From an uncultured Vicinamibacterales bacterium (lineage in GTDB: Bacteria > Acidobacteriota > Vicinamibacteria > Vicinamibacterales > JAKQTR01), in contig CAYZYG010000014.1 of assembly GCA_964481395.1 (NCBI GenBank), forward strand, positions 217 through 64,216: a stretch of 64,000 nucleotides of DNA. The letters are read 5' to 3'. The notes beneath the pieces are model-generated. The model did not search any database. It was not told the DNA's origin and was given only the letters and a program-made list of their open reading frames with translations. The position numbers and the translations under genes are program-made. This document shows positions 46,294 through 54,681 of this stretch, piece by piece (within the stretch, counting starts at the first letter, position 1; each line of letters starts with the position of its first letter).

Positions 46294-47265
46294 ATGCGCC
46301 TGCCCTTCATCGACGAGCCCGCGATCCGTGAGTCGATCACCGCCGCGGAGGCCGTGGCTGCCGTCCGCGAGGCGTTCCGGGCTGACGGCGAAGGCCGGAC
46401 GGCCGTGCCCGCCGTGATCAATCTGCCGATCCCAGGCACGCAGGGGGAGTTTCACGTCAAGACCGCCTGGGTGGAAGGAGTGCCGTTCATCGCGGTGAAG
46501 GTGGCCTCTGGATTCTACGACAATCCAGCGCGGGGGCTACCCACCGGCTCCGGCATGATGGCGCTCTTCGACGCGGGAACCGGCCTGCCGGCGGGCCTCA
46601 TCTTCGACAACGGCTACCTCACCGATTTGCGGACCGGTGCCGCGGGCGCTGTTGCCGCCGATGCGCTGGCTCGCCGTACGATGGCCACCGTCGGTGTCAT
46701 CGGGTCCGGCGTGCAGGCCCGCCACCAGGTGACGTGCCTGCGGGAGGTCCGGTCGTTCTCGGGAATTGTGGCCTGGAGCCCCGACCGGCCGGGGCTCGAG
46801 CGATACTGCGCGGAAATGGCCCGGACGCTGGGCATCGAGACCCTCGCGGCACCGTCAGCAGAAGCCGTCTGCCGCGAGGCGGACGTGCTCATCACCGCCA
46901 CGCCCTCGCGAGAACCCTTCATCCGGACCGGGTGGCTGCGGCCGGGCATGCACGTCACGGCCTTGGGATCCGACACGCCGGGCAAGCAGGAACTCGATGC
47001 GGCGTGCCTCGCGCGCGCGGATCTGGTTGTCGTCGATCGCCTCGAACAGTGCGCGCGGTTCGGTGAACTGTCACACGCCCTTGCGGCGGGTCTGCTCGCA
47101 CCAGAGCGGATCACCGGTCAGCTCGGCGAAGTAGTCGCGGGCCGCCGGCCCGGCCGCACGGACGACCGGCAGATCACGATCTGCGATCTGACGGGAGTGG
47201 GCTTCCAGGACACGGCCATCGCGGCGCTGGCGTGGTCCAAAGTACGTGAAAAAGGCCTCGCGTGA
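46294..47265 (+). CDS. ornithine cyclodeaminase / mu-crystallin family protein
   Basis: Start MRLPFIDEPAI. Rossmann VGVIGSGVQA, and LGSDTPGKQELD. Confidence 0.85.
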   Translation: MRLPFIDEPAIRESITAAEAVAAVREAFRADGEGRTAVPAVINLPIPGTQGEFHVKTAWVEGVPFIAVKVASGFYDNPARGLPTGSGMMALFDAGTGLPAGLIFDNGYLTDLRTGAAGAVAADALARRTMATVGVIGSGVQARHQVTCLREVRSFSGIVAWSPDRPGLERYCAEMARTLGIETLAAPSAEAVCREADVLITATPSREPFIRTGWLRPGMHVTALGSDTPGKQELDAACLARADLVVVDRLEQCARFGELSHALAAGLLAPERITGQLGEVVAGRRPGRTDDRQITICDLTGVGFQDTAIAALAWSKVREKGLA

Positions 47266-47300
47266 GGCGAGGCCTGCCATCAAGGGATGAATATGAGTGA

Positions 47301-47375
47301 TGGTACCGGTACGGGGATTCGAACCCCGGTCCCGTGGCTGAGAACCACGTGTCCTAACCCCTAGACGATACCGGC
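47301..47375 (-). tRNA. tRNA-Glu (anticodon CUC)
   Basis: The complement folds by hand into a cloverleaf. The acceptor stem is GCCGGTA/TACCGGT (G1-U72 wobble) and the D stem is GTCT/GGAC. The anticodon stem CGTGG/CCACG carries the loop TTCTCAG. The T arm is CGGGG-TTCGAAT-CCCCG, followed by discriminator A and an encoded CCA. Confidence 0.85.
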
Positions 47376-47441
47376 ACTCGCCGCTAGGAACTTCCTATTT
47401 TAGCCGTCGGTCCGTCCGACGGTCAAGTCACGGGAGTCCTG

Positions 47442-48851
47442 ATGTCCGTTCGCACCGTGCTCGTCCCTGTTCTGGCCCTCGTCGTCGTCGCCGGTGGCCT
47501 CGGTCTCTACGTCGCGGGGCAGGAACCGGGTCCCGTCGTCAAGATCCTCCAGCCTGACGCCGTCGGCCAGGCCGGCCTGGTCTTCGACGCCACCGTCGAC
47601 GCCCTCGGTACGCGGCTGTCGCGCTTCGACGTTGTGCTGGAACAGGGATTCACGCGGCACACGCTGTTCTCGCTGGGCGCGCCGGGATCCGCGCGCTTCG
47701 AGCAGGAATCGGCGGAGCGGATGCGGATCCGCACCACCGTCCCGGCCTCGTCTCTCGCCGGGCTCAGCGATGGCCCGGCGACGGTGCACATCGACGCCGG
47801 GCGGCGGATCCTCTTCGGCCTCCGGGAAGCGTCCACGACGGTGATGCATCCGGTCGAAGTCCAGCTCACGCCGCCCGTCATCAAGGTCCTGTCGAGCCAC
47901 CACTACATCCGGCTCGGTGGCGCCGAGGCGGTGGTCTACTGGGTCGCCCCCCCCGACGCGGTGTCGGGAGTCATGGTCGGCGACCGCTTCTACCCCGGCT
48001 TCGCCGCCTCCGGTGTCTCGGGCGCACAGAGCACGGACCCGTCCCTCAAGATCGCGTTCTTCGCCCTCGCCTTCGACCAGGACGTGAACACGCCAATCCG
48101 ACTGCACGCCAAGGATGACGCCGGGAATACGGCGACGGCGGAGTTCCCGTACCGGGCGTTCTCGTCCGCGTTCGCCACCTCACGCGTGCAACTGGACGAC
48201 CGGTTCCTGTCCAGGGTGATCCCGGCGATTCTCGAGGCCTCGCCGGGGTTCACGGCCGACGGGGAGGAAACCCTCCTCGAGACCTTCCTGCTGATCAACC
48301 GTGAACTGCGGGAACGGAATGCGGAGACGATTGCGGCGTTCGCGAAGGACACGTCGCCGGACTGGCTGTCGCGCGGACCGTTCTCGCGGCTCAGCCGGTC
48401 CAGTTCGGAGGCCATGTTCGCCGATCACCGGACGTACTTCTACAACGGGGAAGAGGTCGATCGGCAGGTCCATCTCGGGATCGACCTCGCGTCCACACGA
48501 CAGGCTTCTGTCCGGTCCGCGCAGGCCGGCCGGGTTCTGCTGGCCGGATACCTCGGCATCTACGGCAACACGGTGATTCTGGACCACGGCATGGGCGTGC
48601 AGTCCCTCTATTCGCACCTGTCGTCGATGGAGGTCGAAAAGGGCGACCGGGTCGATCGCGGCGAGGTCATCGGCCGCAGCGGCACGACGGGGCTCGCCGG
48701 TGGCGATCACGTGCATTTCACCATGCTGGTGGGCGGTACGCCGGTGAATCCTCTCGAGTGGTTCGATCCCGGCTGGGTGCACGATCGGGTCGAGCGCAAG
48801 CTGCAGGAGGCGGGCATCGTCACGGAGGCCGTCGGGGCCGCGAGGCGGTAA
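47442..48851 (+). CDS. M23-family metallopeptidase
   Basis: N-terminal TM/signal region. LytM motifs HLGIDLA and GGDHVHFTM near the C-terminus. Confidence 0.88.
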   Translation: MSVRTVLVPVLALVVVAGGLGLYVAGQEPGPVVKILQPDAVGQAGLVFDATVDALGTRLSRFDVVLEQGFTRHTLFSLGAPGSARFEQESAERMRIRTTVPASSLAGLSDGPATVHIDAGRRILFGLREASTTVMHPVEVQLTPPVIKVLSSHHYIRLGGAEAVVYWVAPPDAVSGVMVGDRFYPGFAASGVSGAQSTDPSLKIAFFALAFDQDVNTPIRLHAKDDAGNTATAEFPYRAFSSAFATSRVQLDDRFLSRVIPAILEASPGFTADGEETLLETFLLINRELRERNAETIAAFAKDTSPDWLSRGPFSRLSRSSSEAMFADHRTYFYNGEEVDRQVHLGIDLASTRQASVRSAQAGRVLLAGYLGIYGNTVILDHGMGVQSLYSHLSSMEVEKGDRVDRGEVIGRSGTTGLAGGDHVHFTMLVGGTPVNPLEWFDPGWVHDRVERKLQEAGIVTEAVGAARR

Positions 48852-48865
48852 CGGCTATCATGGTC

Positions 48866-48886
48866 GGGAATCGGGAGTCGGGAGTC
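48866..48886 (+). repeat. heptamer array, GGGAGTC-type, 3 units
   Basis: gggaatc gggagtc gggagtc, 15 nt after the M23 peptidase stop. Confidence 0.85.
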
Positions 48887-48912
48887 GGAGGCCTGGGGGC
48901 GGAGTAGGAGAC

Positions 48913-49821
48913 GTGTCCGAGCAGCAGACCGACACGACCGTCGCGCGGGATGCGGTCCCCGAGACGATGCCCTCGCGGGCGTCGGATTACGTCACGCTGG
49001 CGAAGCCCCGCCTGAACGTGCTCGTGGTCGTCACGACGCTGGCCGGGTACTACATGGGGCACCCGACCGGCAGCTGGTGGCTGCTACTGCACACGCTGGT
49101 CGGCACCGCGCTTGTCGCGAGCGGGGCGGCGGCGTTCAACCAACTGCTCGAGATCGACGTGGACGGACGCATGCGGCGCACGCGGCGGCGGCCGCTGCCG
49201 AGCCAGCGGCTGACACCGGCCCAGGCGCGCGGGTTCGCCGTGGTGCTGTCCGTCCTCGGGACCGTCCAGCTCGCCTGGGGCGTCAACCTGGTGGCGGCCG
49301 CGGTGGCGCTGGCAACGCTGCTCACCTACACGGTCTTCTACACACCGCTCAAGCGGCGTACCTCCCTGTCGACCGTGGTCGGCGGCGTGCCCGGTGCGTT
49401 GCCCCCGCTCATCGGCTGGGCGGCGGCACGGGGCACGTTGTCGATGGAGGCCTGGATTCTCTTCGCCATCGTCTTTCTGTGGCAGATGCCGCACTTCCTC
49501 GCCATCGCCTGGATGTACCGGGAGGACTACGGCAGGGCCGGGTTCCCGCTGCTGCCGGTCATCGAACCCGACGGGGCCTCGACCGGTCGGCAGGCCGTGC
49601 TCTACGCCGCCGCGCTCGTGCCCGTGAGCCTGGCCAGCACGGCCGTGGGTCTGACGGGTGTTCCCTACGCGATTGGTGCCGGTCTGCTGGGCGTCGCGTT
49701 CACGGCGCTCGCTGTCCGCTTTGCCTGGCTGCGCACGCCGCAGTCGGCGAAGCGGCTGTTCTTCGGCTCGCTCGCGTATCTGCCGCTGGTGTGGATCTTG
49801 ATGGTGGTGGATCGGCAATAG
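48913..49821 (+). CDS. ctaB: protoheme IX farnesyltransferase (heme O synthase)
   Basis: GTG start. UbiA-family motif NQLLEIDVDGRMRRTRRRPL, and YTPLKRRT. Polytopic. Confidence 0.9.
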   Translation: MSEQQTDTTVARDAVPETMPSRASDYVTLAKPRLNVLVVVTTLAGYYMGHPTGSWWLLLHTLVGTALVASGAAAFNQLLEIDVDGRMRRTRRRPLPSQRLTPAQARGFAVVLSVLGTVQLAWGVNLVAAAVALATLLTYTVFYTPLKRRTSLSTVVGGVPGALPPLIGWAAARGTLSMEAWILFAIVFLWQMPHFLAIAWMYREDYGRAGFPLLPVIEPDGASTGRQAVLYAAALVPVSLASTAVGLTGVPYAIGAGLLGVAFTALAVRFAWLRTPQSAKRLFFGSLAYLPLVWILMVVDRQ

Positions 49822-49858
49822 GAAAGTAGATAGTAGACAGTAGATAGTAGATAGTAGG
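49817..49858 (+). repeat. heptamer array, TAGTAGA/CAGTAGA-type, 6 units
   Basis: aatagga aagtaga tagtaga cagtaga tagtaga tagtagg. It overlaps the ctaB stop. Confidence 0.9.
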
Positions 49859-49864
49859 GTTGGT

Positions 49865-49885
49865 GTGCCGGCTGGCCGCCGGCAC
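49865..49885 (+). terminator. GC hairpin downstream of ctaB (possible terminator, no clean T-tract)
   Basis: Perfect 8-bp stem GTGCCGGC (49865-49872) pairs with GCCGGCAC (49878-49885) around a 5-nt loop. CTCATCTTCTC follows. Confidence 0.4.
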
Positions 49886-49931
49886 CTCATCTTCTCGTGC
49901 AGACACAGTCGCGCGGTCAGCGCGTCGCCTT

Positions 49932-49966
49932 TTCCTACTCTCTACTGTCTACTATCTACGGTCTAC
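49932..49966 (-). repeat. heptamer array, same family as 49817..49858 in inverted orientation, 5 units
   Basis: tcctact ctctact gtctact atctacg gtctact. Confidence 0.9.
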
Positions 49967-49978
49967 TATGTGAAGCTC

Positions 49979-50395
49979 ATGTCCGTCTCCTCGCTTCCCA
50001 CGCTCAACGCCTCCCTCAACGCGCTGGCGGCGTGTCTGCTCGTCGTCGGCTACGTTCTCATCCGCCGCGGAAATGCGCGCGCGCACAAGGCCGCCATGCT
50101 CGCCGCGTTCGCGACATCGGCCCTGTTCCTGTTTTCGTACGTGATCTATCACGCGAACGCCGGCTCCCGGCCGTTTCCCGGAACGGGGCCGATCCGTGTC
50201 TTCTACTTCGCGATTCTGATTTCGCACGTCGTCCTGGCTGCGGCGATTCTGCCCATGGCGCTCGTCACGCTGTGGCACGCCCTGGGGGAACGATTCGACC
50301 GTCACCGTCGTATCGCCAGGTACACGCTCCCGATCTGGCTCTACGTGTCGGTGACGGGGGTGGTGATCTACGGGATGCTGTATCTGCTGTACTGA
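49979..50395 (+). CDS. DUF420-family membrane protein (often linked to heme-copper oxidase genes)
   Basis: In-frame ATG at 49979, MSVSSLPTLNASLNALAACLLVVGYVLIRRG. Four TM helices and H-containing helices typical of DUF420. It lies next to ctaB. Confidence 0.75.
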   Translation: MSVSSLPTLNASLNALAACLLVVGYVLIRRGNARAHKAAMLAAFATSALFLFSYVIYHANAGSRPFPGTGPIRVFYFAILISHVVLAAAILPMALVTLWHALGERFDRHRRIARYTLPIWLYVSVTGVVIYGMLYLLY

Positions 50396-50398
50396 GCA

Positions 50399-50426
50399 GG
50401 GACCAGGGATCGGGGACCGGGGATCG
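50399..50426 (+). repeat. heptamer array, GGGACCG/GGGATCG-type, 4 units
   Basis: gggacca gggatcg gggaccg gggatcg, starting 4 nt after the DUF420 stop. Confidence 0.9.
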
Positions 50427-50538
50427 GGTGTGGATGTTCCCAGTCCCCATTCGATGTCGCGGCAGGGCGCGGTCAGCCTGCCGCGCCGAAGCCCGATAGG
50501 GCGGAGGCGGGCCGAACGCGCCGAGGGGCGAGGCTGCG

Positions 50539-51351
50539 ATGAGTGGACGTCGAGCGCGGCTGGTGATGGCGGCGGTGGCGTACTTGGGTGCCGCGCAGGC
50601 CGCGCCGCGCGCTCAACTCCCGGGAGCCGTGCTTGCGACCCAGATCGTCATCACGTCTCCCGAAACGGTCGTGGAACTGGACCACCGCGAGCTTCCGGGC
50701 ATTCCCACGCGGCTGGCGTGGGCGCCGGATCACCGGTACTTGTACCTGCGCGTCAGCCGGTTCGACCGGTGGGCCAACGAGACGGCGTCGCACGCGATCG
50801 TGGACGTGGAAGCGCGAACCGTGTCTCCCACGACCGGCGAACCGCCCTGGGCTTCGCGATACTGGTTCTGGAAGTCGGCGCCCGCCTCACCGGGCGATCC
50901 CACGTGGAAGTTGTCGTTCGACGCGCGCGAGGAACAGGTGCGCACAACCAACGTGCCGCGGGGCGGCGACATCGCCGGCTTCATGAGCGACCCCGGCGCG
51001 GGATACGACGAACTGGCGCAGAAGGCCATCCTGGCCAACCAAAAGGTCCGATTCGAGCGGCTGACCCTGAACGGGCGCGTCATCGACGAGACCGTGAACA
51101 CCTCACTCACGCCGGGCCGGCGCTTCGGGTGGTCGCCGCCCGCGCGAGGCCTCATCGCGGTCGCCGACCGCAACGGCCATCTTGTTCTGATCGATCGCGA
51201 CGGCAAGACGCAGACGGCCGAGGGCACGAAGCAGGTGCTCCTCCCGGCATGGAGCGAGGACGGAACGCGCATCGCGTTCGTCGAGCGGGTCAGGAACGAG
51301 CGCTATGCGTTGCGGCTGGTGAGGGTGGGACAGGACGGGAATAGGAGATAG
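50539..51351 (+). CDS. secreted hypothetical protein
   Basis: 270 aa. Signal-like MSGRRARLVMAAVAYLGAAQAAP and a C-terminal propeller-blade-like PAWSEDGTRIAFV. Confidence 0.55.
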   Translation: MSGRRARLVMAAVAYLGAAQAAPRAQLPGAVLATQIVITSPETVVELDHRELPGIPTRLAWAPDHRYLYLRVSRFDRWANETASHAIVDVEARTVSPTTGEPPWASRYWFWKSAPASPGDPTWKLSFDAREEQVRTTNVPRGGDIAGFMSDPGAGYDELAQKAILANQKVRFERLTLNGRVIDETVNTSLTPGRRFGWSPPARGLIAVADRNGHLVLIDRDGKTQTAEGTKQVLLPAWSEDGTRIAFVERVRNERYALRLVRVGQDGNRR

Positions 51352-51376
51352 GAGATAGGAGATAGTAGACAGTAGC
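51342..51376 (+). repeat. heptamer array, ATAGGAG/ATAGTAG-type, 5 units
   Basis: ataggag x3, atagtag, acagtag. It overlaps the stop of the 50539..51351 gene. Confidence 0.9.
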
Positions 51377-51457
51377 GGGAAGACCCGGCCTGATCGGCCG
51401 ACCAGCTTTCCCTCCATCGCCCGCGCGGCTTGCCGGGCGGTCTCCCAACCGCCTCTG

Positions 51458-51504
51458 AAACGAAAACCGCCCCGGCCGCGCCACGCTGGCGCGACCGGGG
51501 CGGC
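51458..51504 (-). terminator. rho-independent terminator of the Oar-like receptor gene
   Basis: A 17-bp stem with one mismatch spans 51468-51484 and 51488-51504, with a 3-nt loop. On the minus strand TTTTCGTTTC follows. Confidence 0.7.
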
Positions 51505-51515
51505 TGACTGAACCG

Positions 51516-51543
51516 GTCCCCGATCCCCGGTCCCCGGTCCCTG
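51516..51543 (-). repeat. heptamer array, GGGGACC/GGGGATC-type, 4 units
   Basis: ggtcccc gatcccc ggtcccc ggtccct, between the receptor stop (51547) and its terminator hairpin (51504). Confidence 0.9.
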
Positions 51544-51546
51544 GTC

Positions 51547-54420
51547 TTAGAACCCTACCCGCAGCCCGATCCGGGCGATCCGCGGGTTCATGATCTCCAG
51601 CACCTGGTCGAAACCGGTCACGCCCGTCAACCGGTAGTTGTACTGCCGGCCGAGAACGGTGCCCGAGTTGAACAGGTTGAAGATGTCGAAGTCGATGTTC
51701 ATGTTCACGCGATTGAACTTGAACATCTTGCCAATGCGGAAGTCCACGGTGTTGATCGTCGGGAGGCGGTTCTTGTCGATGTCCTGCCAGAGACCGACGG
51801 TCTTGTTGCTGCCGAAGTAGTCACCGGTGGCCACGCGATCCCGGTACCACGCCTGGCCGAAGCCCTGGCGCATGACGTAGTTGACCCCGAGGTCGATCCC
51901 CCAGGGTGCCTGGTACAGGCCAGTCAGGATGAGCTGGTACTTGGGAAGCAACTGGTAGATGCCGCTCTTGCCGGATCCGCCAGACGCCACGACCACGAGG
52001 CTGCCGTCCTGGTAGTTCGCCGTCGTGCCAGGTGTCGGATCCTGGATCGCGTTGACGTCGTCGTCCCAGTACTGTGTGTGTTCGTTCGTCGAGAACCCGA
52101 AGCGCGCCATCCACTTGTTCGACAGCCGCTTCGTCGCGCTCAGCTCCAACCCCCAGAACTGCTGGTGGTAGCCTTCCCGGGCCGTGTACTCCGAGCCGCC
52201 GGCCAGCGCCTCGGGCGAGAGCCGCGCGGTGTCCACCCGGTAGTACGGCACTGCGAAGTTCGATCCGTCGGGCAGCGGCCCACCGGTGAACGTCCCGGCC
52301 TGCACGTAGTCATCTGCCCGCACGCCTATGCGTGGCGACCAGTTGAAGTCCACGAACTTGCGCCACGTGAACGACGCGCTCACGCCGAAGTCCTTGAACA
52401 GCTCGTGGTCCACGCCGGCAATGACCTCGTGGGTCTTGGGCACTCCGTAGTCGCCGGTCTTGTTGATGCTCTTCGACACGTTCCCGGGGTCGTTGATGTC
52501 GAACCCCGTCCAGTAGTCGAGACCGGAGGTGATCTCGTTCGGCTGGGCGATCCGGTCGCCGTTCAGATCGCGTCCGTAGAAGCCGATGTAGCGGTACTGC
52601 ACGACGCCCAGGAGCCCCGATGCGCCGTTCCCGAGTTGGGACGAGAACATCGAGTAGCTGCCGCGCAACTGCGTCCGACGCGATTCGTTGAGAGCATAGG
52701 TGATGCCCACGCGGGGCGAGAACGAATTCCACACGATGGCCTTCGGCAGCTCGGGGCCCGTGATGGCCGGCAGCCACTGCTCGAAGCCCGGCACCGCCGG
52801 CTCGCTCGACTCAAGCACTCCGTCGTTCTGCCAGTCGAAGCGCACGCCAGCGGTGATCGTCGCACGGTCGAGGGAAATCGTGTCACCGACCCACGCCGAC
52901 GTGTAGAACGCCCGGTTCGACGACATCCAGGGGCTGGCTACTCCGACGTAGAAGTCGGGATAGCCGATGTGATAGGTCACGATGCTGTTGCCCTGCGAGC
53001 TGGACAGTGCGGACGTCGACGTCACGGTCACGCGGCGCCACGAGAGGCCGAACTTGATCTCGTGCTTTCCGCGGAAGTAGCTGCCCTCGGCCATGATGGT
53101 CTGCTGCGGCCGGTCGCTGAGGTAGTTCCAGAACGAACCGTGCCACACGCCGCTGTCGTCCATGTAGACGTCTTTGTCCATTCCGCCCTGGGGCTCGAAC
53201 CCGAAGCCCGTCGGGAAGTGCGAACCGCGCGCCGTCAGGAACAGGTTGTTCCCGAGGACGAAGTTCACCTCGCCCTTGTAGAAGTCCGATGGGCCCGACT
53301 GGTTGTAGGTCGTCTCAGGCGGCCGCGTCGCGCTCGCGTTGCGCCCGTACTTCAGCTTGTCGCCGAAGAAGTACGTGAAGCTCGCGCGGATGTTCTGCGA
53401 CGCCTGTCCCTGGATCTTCAGCGACCGGTTCTTCAGGATCGTGTTGTCCGGGGTCTGCCGAATGGTCAGGATGCGCACGTCGGTCTTGCCCATCGCGCCC
53501 CAGACCCACAGCCGGTCCTTCATGATCGGGCCGCCGATCTCGAACCCGTAGTCGGCGTACTGCGCCGTCCGGTTGCCCTTGCCGTTCGGGCTCCCCAGGT
53601 TCGTCGCCAGCTCCTCGGACATGTTGTTCGACTGCATGTCCTCGTTTTCGAAGTAGCCGCGAGCCGACCCACGCCACTGGTTCGTTCCCGACTTCAGAAC
53701 GAAGTTCAGGCCGACGCCGCCCGTCGCCATCGACATGTCAGCGCCGCCGGTCGTCACGGCCATCTCCTGGAACATGTCGAAGTCGTAGTACGTCGGTGTC
53801 GCACCCGTGGCCGCCATGTCCGTGATCGGAACGCCGTCCATGTTCCAGGTCGCGTCGGCGCCCGAGGCGCCCTTGGCCTGGTACCCGGACTGCTGCCCGG
53901 ACTCGGACCCGCCCACGTTCACGCGGTCCATGATGATGCCCGGCACGGTCTGCATCACGACCCACGGGTCGCGCGCCGACGGGATGTTCTGCAGCTCTTC
54001 CAGCGTCACGTTGGTGCCCGTGCCGGTCTTCTTCGCGTCAATGACCGGAGTCTCAGCGGTGACTTCCACCTGCTCCTGTACGCCGCCGACACGCAGCAAG
54101 GCCTTCAGCGCGATGTTGCCGCCCGCCACGACGGGCACGCTGCTGTTCAGGTAATCACTGAACCCCTGCAGCACGGCCTTCACCGTATACGTGCCCGGTG
54201 GGAGGTTCAGGAACCGCGCGACGCCGTCGGCATCGCTGACCTGCGTCCTCGTCTGGGGACCGCCGAGGTCGACCGTCGCGCCGGGGAGCACCGCTCCCGT
54301 CGAGTCGACGACCGTGACTTCGATTCGGCCCGTGAACTGCTGGGCCGCCGCTGGTGCCGCCATGGCCAGTGCCAACAGCACCGCCACGACCGGCCAAATC
54401 CGGCTTGATAGACCCTTCAT
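51547..54420 (-). CDS. Oar-like TonB-dependent outer-membrane receptor with CarboxypepD_reg domain
   Basis: Start MKGLSSRIWPVVAVLLALAMAAPAAAQQ, preceded by AGGAGGAGG. FTGRIEVTVVDSTGAVLPGATV...PGTYTV is the CarboxypepD_reg domain. C-terminal IGLRVGF. Confidence 0.85.
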   Translation of the reverse strand: MKGLSSRIWPVVAVLLALAMAAPAAAQQFTGRIEVTVVDSTGAVLPGATVDLGGPQTRTQVSDADGVARFLNLPPGTYTVKAVLQGFSDYLNSSVPVVAGGNIALKALLRVGGVQEQVEVTAETPVIDAKKTGTGTNVTLEELQNIPSARDPWVVMQTVPGIIMDRVNVGGSESGQQSGYQAKGASGADATWNMDGVPITDMAATGATPTYYDFDMFQEMAVTTGGADMSMATGGVGLNFVLKSGTNQWRGSARGYFENEDMQSNNMSEELATNLGSPNGKGNRTAQYADYGFEIGGPIMKDRLWVWGAMGKTDVRILTIRQTPDNTILKNRSLKIQGQASQNIRASFTYFFGDKLKYGRNASATRPPETTYNQSGPSDFYKGEVNFVLGNNLFLTARGSHFPTGFGFEPQGGMDKDVYMDDSGVWHGSFWNYLSDRPQQTIMAEGSYFRGKHEIKFGLSWRRVTVTSTSALSSSQGNSIVTYHIGYPDFYVGVASPWMSSNRAFYTSAWVGDTISLDRATITAGVRFDWQNDGVLESSEPAVPGFEQWLPAITGPELPKAIVWNSFSPRVGITYALNESRRTQLRGSYSMFSSQLGNGASGLLGVVQYRYIGFYGRDLNGDRIAQPNEITSGLDYWTGFDINDPGNVSKSINKTGDYGVPKTHEVIAGVDHELFKDFGVSASFTWRKFVDFNWSPRIGVRADDYVQAGTFTGGPLPDGSNFAVPYYRVDTARLSPEALAGGSEYTAREGYHQQFWGLELSATKRLSNKWMARFGFSTNEHTQYWDDDVNAIQDPTPGTTANYQDGSLVVVASGGSGKSGIYQLLPKYQLILTGLYQAPWGIDLGVNYVMRQGFGQAWYRDRVATGDYFGSNKTVGLWQDIDKNRLPTINTVDFRIGKMFKFNRVNMNIDFDIFNLFNSGTVLGRQYNYRLTGVTGFDQVLEIMNPRIARIGLRVGF

Positions 54421-54681
54421 TCGCTTTCCTCCTCCTTGCTGGGGTGAACGCGGGGCAAAGAAATCCCACCGTCCGACACACCACAGGCAGTACTCGACCC
54501 AGACCTGCCCGCGGAGTTTGGCCAAGTATGCAGCAAGAATCGTGCGGAGGGAAGTCGAACCTGCTAACTCACTGATAATAAGAGACTATCTGCTTCTGGC
54601 GGAGCCCCAGCCATCCACGGAATTGGATTCAGGCCCTCGCTAAATCCAACAATTTGCCATCACGGGTCGTGCCGAGAACTG

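Noticed and set aside
47266-47442. tRNA-Glu as an integration hotspot for a genomic island
   Set aside because: There is no integrase, no direct repeat of the tRNA 3-prime end, and no compositional break on either side. The flanking genes are ordinary housekeeping or secreted-protein genes.
54421-54681. Riboswitch or Fur box in the 262-bp leader of the Oar-like receptor
   Set aside because: I saw only a short AT-rich patch (ctaactcactgataataagagactatc) with weak similarity to Fur-type sites. I recognised no cobalamin, TPP or other riboswitch core, so the evidence is insufficient to call.
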